DNA of 64,000 bases, from positions 549,455-613,454 of the forward strand of contig JBKAGE010000034.1 in the NCBI GenBank assembly GCA_046290225.1. Reading direction: 5' to 3'. Source of the stretch: Bradymonadia bacterium. GTDB lineage: Bacteria > Myxococcota_A > Bradymonadia > UBA7976 > UBA1532. Both the position numbers and the translations under genes were made by a program. The notes under the pieces were generated by a model. It did no database searches. It saw only the letters and a list, made by a program, of their open reading frames with translations, and was not told the origin of the DNA. Shown in pieces: positions 59,631 to 64,000 of this stretch; positions within the stretch are counted from its first letter, which is position 1; every line of letters begins with the position of its first letter.

Positions 59631-61160
59631 CTACGACTTCCGCCTCAAGCCACGAAGATATCTCTTCGCCTCTTTGTGATTGGGCTGATGCTCAAGAAGA
59701 GACTCCAAAGTCAGCGTGGCTTTTTTATAGAGCCCTGCACGCTCGTACGCACGGGCCTGCGCCATGTGAGCGTCCGGATCGTGCGGGCAGGCGGACACCC
59801 ACAGTGTGGTGACCTCGATGATCTCCCGAATGTCTTCTACCTCGTTCATGGCGAACTCGGTCACGTGGGACATCCGAGCAGGCTCGGGGCTCAACCGAAT
59901 CGCCTCTCGGTAGGCCAGCCACGCCTGCTCTACCTGTCCACCCTTCTCATACTGCTTGCCCTCTGACCAGTATTTGGCAGCAGCGACGCTTCGGGCCCGG
60001 CCATCCACCTCGTCCAGAGCGCGCTGAAAGGCTACGTTCTTCGGATCGAGGCTCAGCGCCATGCGCAACAGGCTGGCGCCCTGAACCGGCCGCTCGGCGA
60101 GGATGTGCTTCATGGCTTCCTGGTAGTACTCCTCGGCCTGGGACAAGCGCGCTTTGAGCTGAGCGGGCAGACCAGATTGACGCACACGTCGGGTCTGTTT
60201 CCGGGCCTTGAGACGCGCTTCGAGATCAGACTTTCGATGTGCTTTCTGCTCCGGGGTCCTGGGACCGGCACGCTCACCTTCCTCACGTTGCATACGACGT
60301 CGAGCGGCGATCTCCTTGAGCCGAGCCTTGCGATCTACGCTGTCACTCGGGCCTCGGGGTGCTCGTGCTGGTGCTGGGCGGGTGGTGTCGGCTGCTGGTC
60401 GGACGGTGTTCGTCGAGGGGGCCTGGCGTACGGCCTCGTCGGCCACTGGTGCGGCGGGCGACTCGGGCGCGACGTCGCTGCCATTGCGGGCGTTGCGGCT
60501 GGCGACGGTCCGGGCATACGCCCCTCTCAAGGTCTCGTGCTTGAGCAGCGTGTCGTGCACGGCACTGCCGTACTCGAAGAGCTGCTGCAGCAGATCCTTG
60601 AAGCTGCCGAGGTCCTTCCCATAGTGCCGATCAGGGTGAAAGCGCTTGCTGAAGCTGAAGAACCCTCGCTTGATGAGACGCCGCTCATCCGTGGGCTCGA
60701 TGCCGAAGAGTTCGAAGTGATCGATCGAAGCGAGATTGCCCAGCAGGAACAAGACCTCTGTCTGAAGCGTCTCGGGGAGATCGCACGACGGGTCCAACTC
60801 GGTGGACATGGGCTGCCACCCAGCACGGATGTCGTGCCCTGCCGAGATGGCCGGCTCTGGCGGCACCCGGCCGATCCATCCCGCTTGATGCAAGATATAG
60901 GCGTCGCTCTTGGGGTTGCCTGACTGCGCTGACGTGTTTTGTCTGACCTGAATGACGCCGGCACGGAGCAGAGTGGTCAACCGGCGGACGAGATCTTCCG
61001 CCGAGAGGCCGCTGTGCTCGCACAGCTGGGCCAGTGAGCGTTGCCCGTCGATCAGCGAGAGTAGATCCTGGTGCTCCACGATGCCGGGACGGCGTCGATC
61101 GAGACCAGGACGAACCATCGGGACGTCCTGCCAAGCACCAAGAGCCCCGGGTTTTTCCAT
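59631..61160 (-). CDS. J-domain protein with N-terminal wHTH-like and C-terminal TPR domains
   Basis: DHFELFGI...SKRFHPDR (HPD motif); TPR-like helices; SD GAAGGGG before ATG 61160. Confidence 0.85.
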   Translation of the reverse strand: MEKPGALGAWQDVPMVRPGLDRRRPGIVEHQDLLSLIDGQRSLAQLCEHSGLSAEDLVRRLTTLLRAGVIQVRQNTSAQSGNPKSDAYILHQAGWIGRVPPEPAISAGHDIRAGWQPMSTELDPSCDLPETLQTEVLFLLGNLASIDHFELFGIEPTDERRLIKRGFFSFSKRFHPDRHYGKDLGSFKDLLQQLFEYGSAVHDTLLKHETLRGAYARTVASRNARNGSDVAPESPAAPVADEAVRQAPSTNTVRPAADTTRPAPARAPRGPSDSVDRKARLKEIAARRRMQREEGERAGPRTPEQKAHRKSDLEARLKARKQTRRVRQSGLPAQLKARLSQAEEYYQEAMKHILAERPVQGASLLRMALSLDPKNVAFQRALDEVDGRARSVAAAKYWSEGKQYEKGGQVEQAWLAYREAIRLSPEPARMSHVTEFAMNEVEDIREIIEVTTLWVSACPHDPDAHMAQARAYERAGLYKKATLTLESLLEHQPNHKEAKRYLRGLRRKS

Positions 61161-61434
61161 CGTCCCCTTCTCGCCTAGCACCCTGTGCGCACCTGCAACT
61201 CGTCGTGGTCTACGTGAACCGGAGCATGGATGGAGCGTCACAAGAACCCTCTGATGCTACCCAAGGCCCAATACAGGGCGCAACCTCTCGAAGTTACGGA
61301 CCACCTCGGCCCGACTCACACTTTTCTACATCGACTCAGAACGGGTCACTTTGGAGACAGGGGTCGCAATTTTCCCGGGGCTGAACCATTCCAGGTCAGT
61401 CCAAGACCCACGCGACCATGAGCTGCCCATTTTC

Positions 61435-61508
61435 CTACATGCGTACATCATGTAGACTTCATCCGGAAATATACCTACATGAAGGCGCATCTCAGAGATG
61501 TCGCCTTC
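61435..61508. promoter_or_regulatory. Inverted repeat CTACATG-N7-CATGTAG, extra CCTACATG, and leader hairpin upstream of paralog 3
   Basis: IR at 61435-61455; CCTACATG at 61474; GAAGGCG-CATCTC-A-GAGATG-T-CGCCTTC at 61481-61508. Confidence 0.5.
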
Positions 61509-61549
61509 TCAATTGCCCCGGTTGATTGGAGAGAGGGAGGTCTCGCCAC

Positions 61550-64000
61550 ATGAACCAGACACCGCAATCGTCGGTTCGACGCTGGCTGCTCGCCGGCGCC
61601 GTCGCTGCGACGACTGTGCTGAGCGCTTCGGCTGCTTCAGCACTCACCGTCGTGCCCGTACCGCAGAACCCTCAGGATCTCACGGTCCCCCACGCCGCCT
61701 TCAACGGCGCCTCGACCCGTTTCAAGGCCATCGTGCGCGATGGCTCGGCACCCTACTCGGTGTCGATCGACTACACCGGAGATGGTGTCTATGACACCAC
61801 CTTCAACACCAGCGACGCGTACGAGCTCGAGGCCACGTACACCTACCCCAACGTTGCTGTGGACACACTCCACATTGCTTCGATTCGGGTGGTGGACAAC
61901 GGCGGCAACACCGCTTTTGGCTCGTACCCGGTCTACATTCGGGCTGACTGCCCTACGATGGCCAACGTCAACAGCGCCACGGACGACCAGCTCGCCCACA
62001 TGCGCAACCGGGCCATCGATGAGGGCATGTGGTACATCCACAAGAATATGGCTGGCCGCGGTGGCAGCAACAACCAGATCACCGGGTACATTGATCAGAG
62101 CAGCTACGACACCTCGGTCTCTGCTGCATACATCTGGGGCCTGACCCTGAACGGGCACATCGCAGCCTACCCCCCTGGCACCTATGCAGGGGCCTGGAGC
62201 GCCGATCAGGAGTTCCAGAACAACCAGATGTGGAACAACACGCCCTACGCCGAAGATGCCATCCGCATCATCAACTACCTCATGAGCGGCATGGCGTATC
62301 AGAACAATGTGCCGGCCTACGACGAGGCTGATGACGGCAACCCCACCATCGCCGGCACCAACGACAACCGCGCCCTCTACCACCAGAACTACATCTACGC
62401 CATGGGCCACATTGTCGGTGGGCTCATCGTGGCCACCGCCCCCCTGGGCAACACCGAGGTTCAGATCGGCACCGCTGCGGGTCAGAGCTGGCCCTATGTC
62501 GGGCAGCAGCTCGTGGACTGGCTGGTCTACGCTCAGGCTGACGCCGATGGCAACAACAACAATGGTCTTGGTGGCTGGTACTACAATGCCCGCAGCACCA
62601 TCGGCAGCAGCTCCGACATGTCCACGGTTCAGTGGGCGCTCATCGGCATCGAGAGTGGCTACCGGGCCATGGCCGACTACGGTGTCTACGTCAACAACCT
62701 GACTCGCGCCCGGATCGCCAACCAGATGCGATACGGCACTGACAGCAACGGCGGTGCACGTTATCGCAACAGCCGTAGCTCGCCGGCGGCCTCAAGCAAC
62801 TGGACAGACAACGCTTATGGTGGTCTCAAGATCACTGGCGGTAACCTCGTAGGTGCCGGCCTGTTGGGCTGGAACGACACGACTCAGTTCAACTGTGATG
62901 GTGCCAATGGCGTCAACGTCAACGAGCAGCCCTACGCGCCGACGACGACTCTGACCCGCTGTCAGGCACACAACCTGTACTTGTCTTCGTACAACTTCCT
63001 CAGCAACGGGTTCCAGTATCACTTCCGGAACTCCAACTACAACAGCGCCTCCACGAACAACGCCAACACCAACATTCACATGTACGCCATCTACTCCACG
63101 CAGAAGGGTGCGCGCTCCCTTGTGCCCGAGTTGGATGCTTTTGGTGCAAATGACTGGTTCCATCAGTTCTCCGTGGCACTGCTCCGGGATCAGGGTTCTG
63201 ACGGCAGCTGGTGGGGCAAGGGCCCCTACCGGTACACCAGCGATTACGTGGGACGTCAGCTCGGTACTGCGTATGGTGTTCTGGTCCTGACCCAAACTCT
63301 GTTCAACCCCAAGCCTGAAGCGGTCGGCAACGTCGCCCCCGCCTCCGTGGTGGAAGGCTGCTCCGGTGGTGCCGCTGGTCAGGTCACCTTCAGTCATGCT
63401 GCATCGTTCCACCCTGATCCCGACGCCAACATCGTGGCCTTCCAGTGGGACTTCGACAGCAGCGACGGCCTGTGGTGGGAGACCGGAGCGGCAGCCGACT
63501 TCGAGACTGCCGACGTCAACCAGGCGTTCACGCACACCTACAACACCCGCGGCAGCTACACCGCCACGCTGCGCGTCGTGGACAACACTCAGCCTGATCC
63601 TCAGACCGATTTGCAGATCCACACTGTCACGGTTCAGGCAGTGGAGAACCTCGCGCCTTCGGCAAACGCGAACGGTGCATACATCATCAATGATGGTGAT
63701 GACCTGACGCTGGCAGGTACAGGCTCCGACGCCAACGCGAACTGTGGCGACAGCATCAGCGCCGCCTGGGACCTGGACGACGACGGCCAGTACGACGACG
63801 CAGTGGGCCTCACACCCACCATTGGCGCCAACAGTCTGAGCGGCCTGGCCCGCAGTGTTGCGCTGCCGATTTCGCTTCGAGTGACTGACAGCAACGGTGC
63901 TTCGACTGACTCGGACACGACGCTGACGATTTTCAACAACCGTCCTGTGGCGTGCTTCAACATCAACCCGAACCGCGGCTCCTGCGGTCAGGCGATTACT
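61550..64000 (+). CDS. Giant secreted PKD-repeat protein (paralog 3), 3' end beyond window
   Basis: Not in ORF track. ATG 61550 after GGGAGG: MNQTPQSSVRRWLLAGAVAATTVLSASAASA-LTVVPVP...NRAIDEGMWYIH...GGWYY...DMSTVQWALIGIES...QGSDGSW...FNPKP..VVEGC..FHP...FQWD..DGLWWETGA, collinear with paralogs 1 and 2. Confidence 0.88.
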   Translation, partial: MNQTPQSSVRRWLLAGAVAATTVLSASAASALTVVPVPQNPQDLTVPHAAFNGASTRFKAIVRDGSAPYSVSIDYTGDGVYDTTFNTSDAYELEATYTYPNVAVDTLHIASIRVVDNGGNTAFGSYPVYIRADCPTMANVNSATDDQLAHMRNRAIDEGMWYIHKNMAGRGGSNNQITGYIDQSSYDTSVSAAYIWGLTLNGHIAAYPPGTYAGAWSADQEFQNNQMWNNTPYAEDAIRIINYLMSGMAYQNNVPAYDEADDGNPTIAGTNDNRALYHQNYIYAMGHIVGGLIVATAPLGNTEVQIGTAAGQSWPYVGQQLVDWLVYAQADADGNNNNGLGGWYYNARSTIGSSSDMSTVQWALIGIESGYRAMADYGVYVNNLTRARIANQMRYGTDSNGGARYRNSRSSPAASSNWTDNAYGGLKITGGNLVGAGLLGWNDTTQFNCDGANGVNVNEQPYAPTTTLTRCQAHNLYLSSYNFLSNGFQYHFRNSNYNSASTNNANTNIHMYAIYSTQKGARSLVPELDAFGANDWFHQFSVALLRDQGSDGSWWGKGPYRYTSDYVGRQLGTAYGVLVLTQTLFNPKPEAVGNVAPASVVEGCSGGAAGQVTFSHAASFHPDPDANIVAFQWDFDSSDGLWWETGAAADFETADVNQAFTHTYNTRGSYTATLRVVDNTQPDPQTDLQIHTVTVQAVENLAPSANANGAYIINDGDDLTLAGTGSDANANCGDSISAAWDLDDDGQYDDAVGLTPTIGANSLSGLARSVALPISLRVTDSNGASTDSDTTLTIFNNRPVACFNINPNRGSCGQAIT

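Noticed and set aside
1..64000. tRNA/rRNA genes, integrases, transposases, reverse transcriptase (DGR/retron)
   Set aside because: None recognised by eye or in the ORF track; tRNAscan-SE and Infernal were not run, so small RNAs cannot be fully excluded.

Overview
GC-rich (visibly ~65-70%) chromosomal segment. Gene content resembles Myxococcota/Bradymonadia-type deltaproteobacteria; this taxonomy is inferred from Cys-rich/acidic lipoproteins, an accessory DnaK-J-domain module and an MglA-like domain. Housekeeping genes (glpA/glpB-like, aspS, efp, peroxiredoxin, folB, deoxynucleoside kinase, queG, plsB, rimI, engB, coaE, argG, dnaK paralog) are interleaved with many secreted or lipoprotein genes. 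Three paralogous giant secreted proteins dominate (2588 aa, 3321 aa and one running off the right edge); each has an N-terminal prenyltransferase/terpene-cyclase-like helical domain on a PKD-repeat stalk. Two real genes are missing from the ORF track because they cross the window edges: a DUF932-like gene at the left and the third giant protein at the right. The most unusual non-coding signal is a modular repeat in three copies: a fixed 12-bp CTGTAGCGGACG alternating with interchangeable hairpin cassettes, two copies forming a large inverted pair. Other oddities: a DUF932+SF2 helicase pair, a P-loop-less MglA-like domain, a degenerate ResB/CcsA-like pair behind a tetraheme cytochrome, an EfpL-type loop in EF-P, a Cys4-MerR/ECF-sigma pair with a phased operator array, and an SDR lacking catalytic residues. 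I saw no tRNA, rRNA, CRISPR/cas, integrase or transposase. All family calls come from motif recognition by eye; no searches were run.
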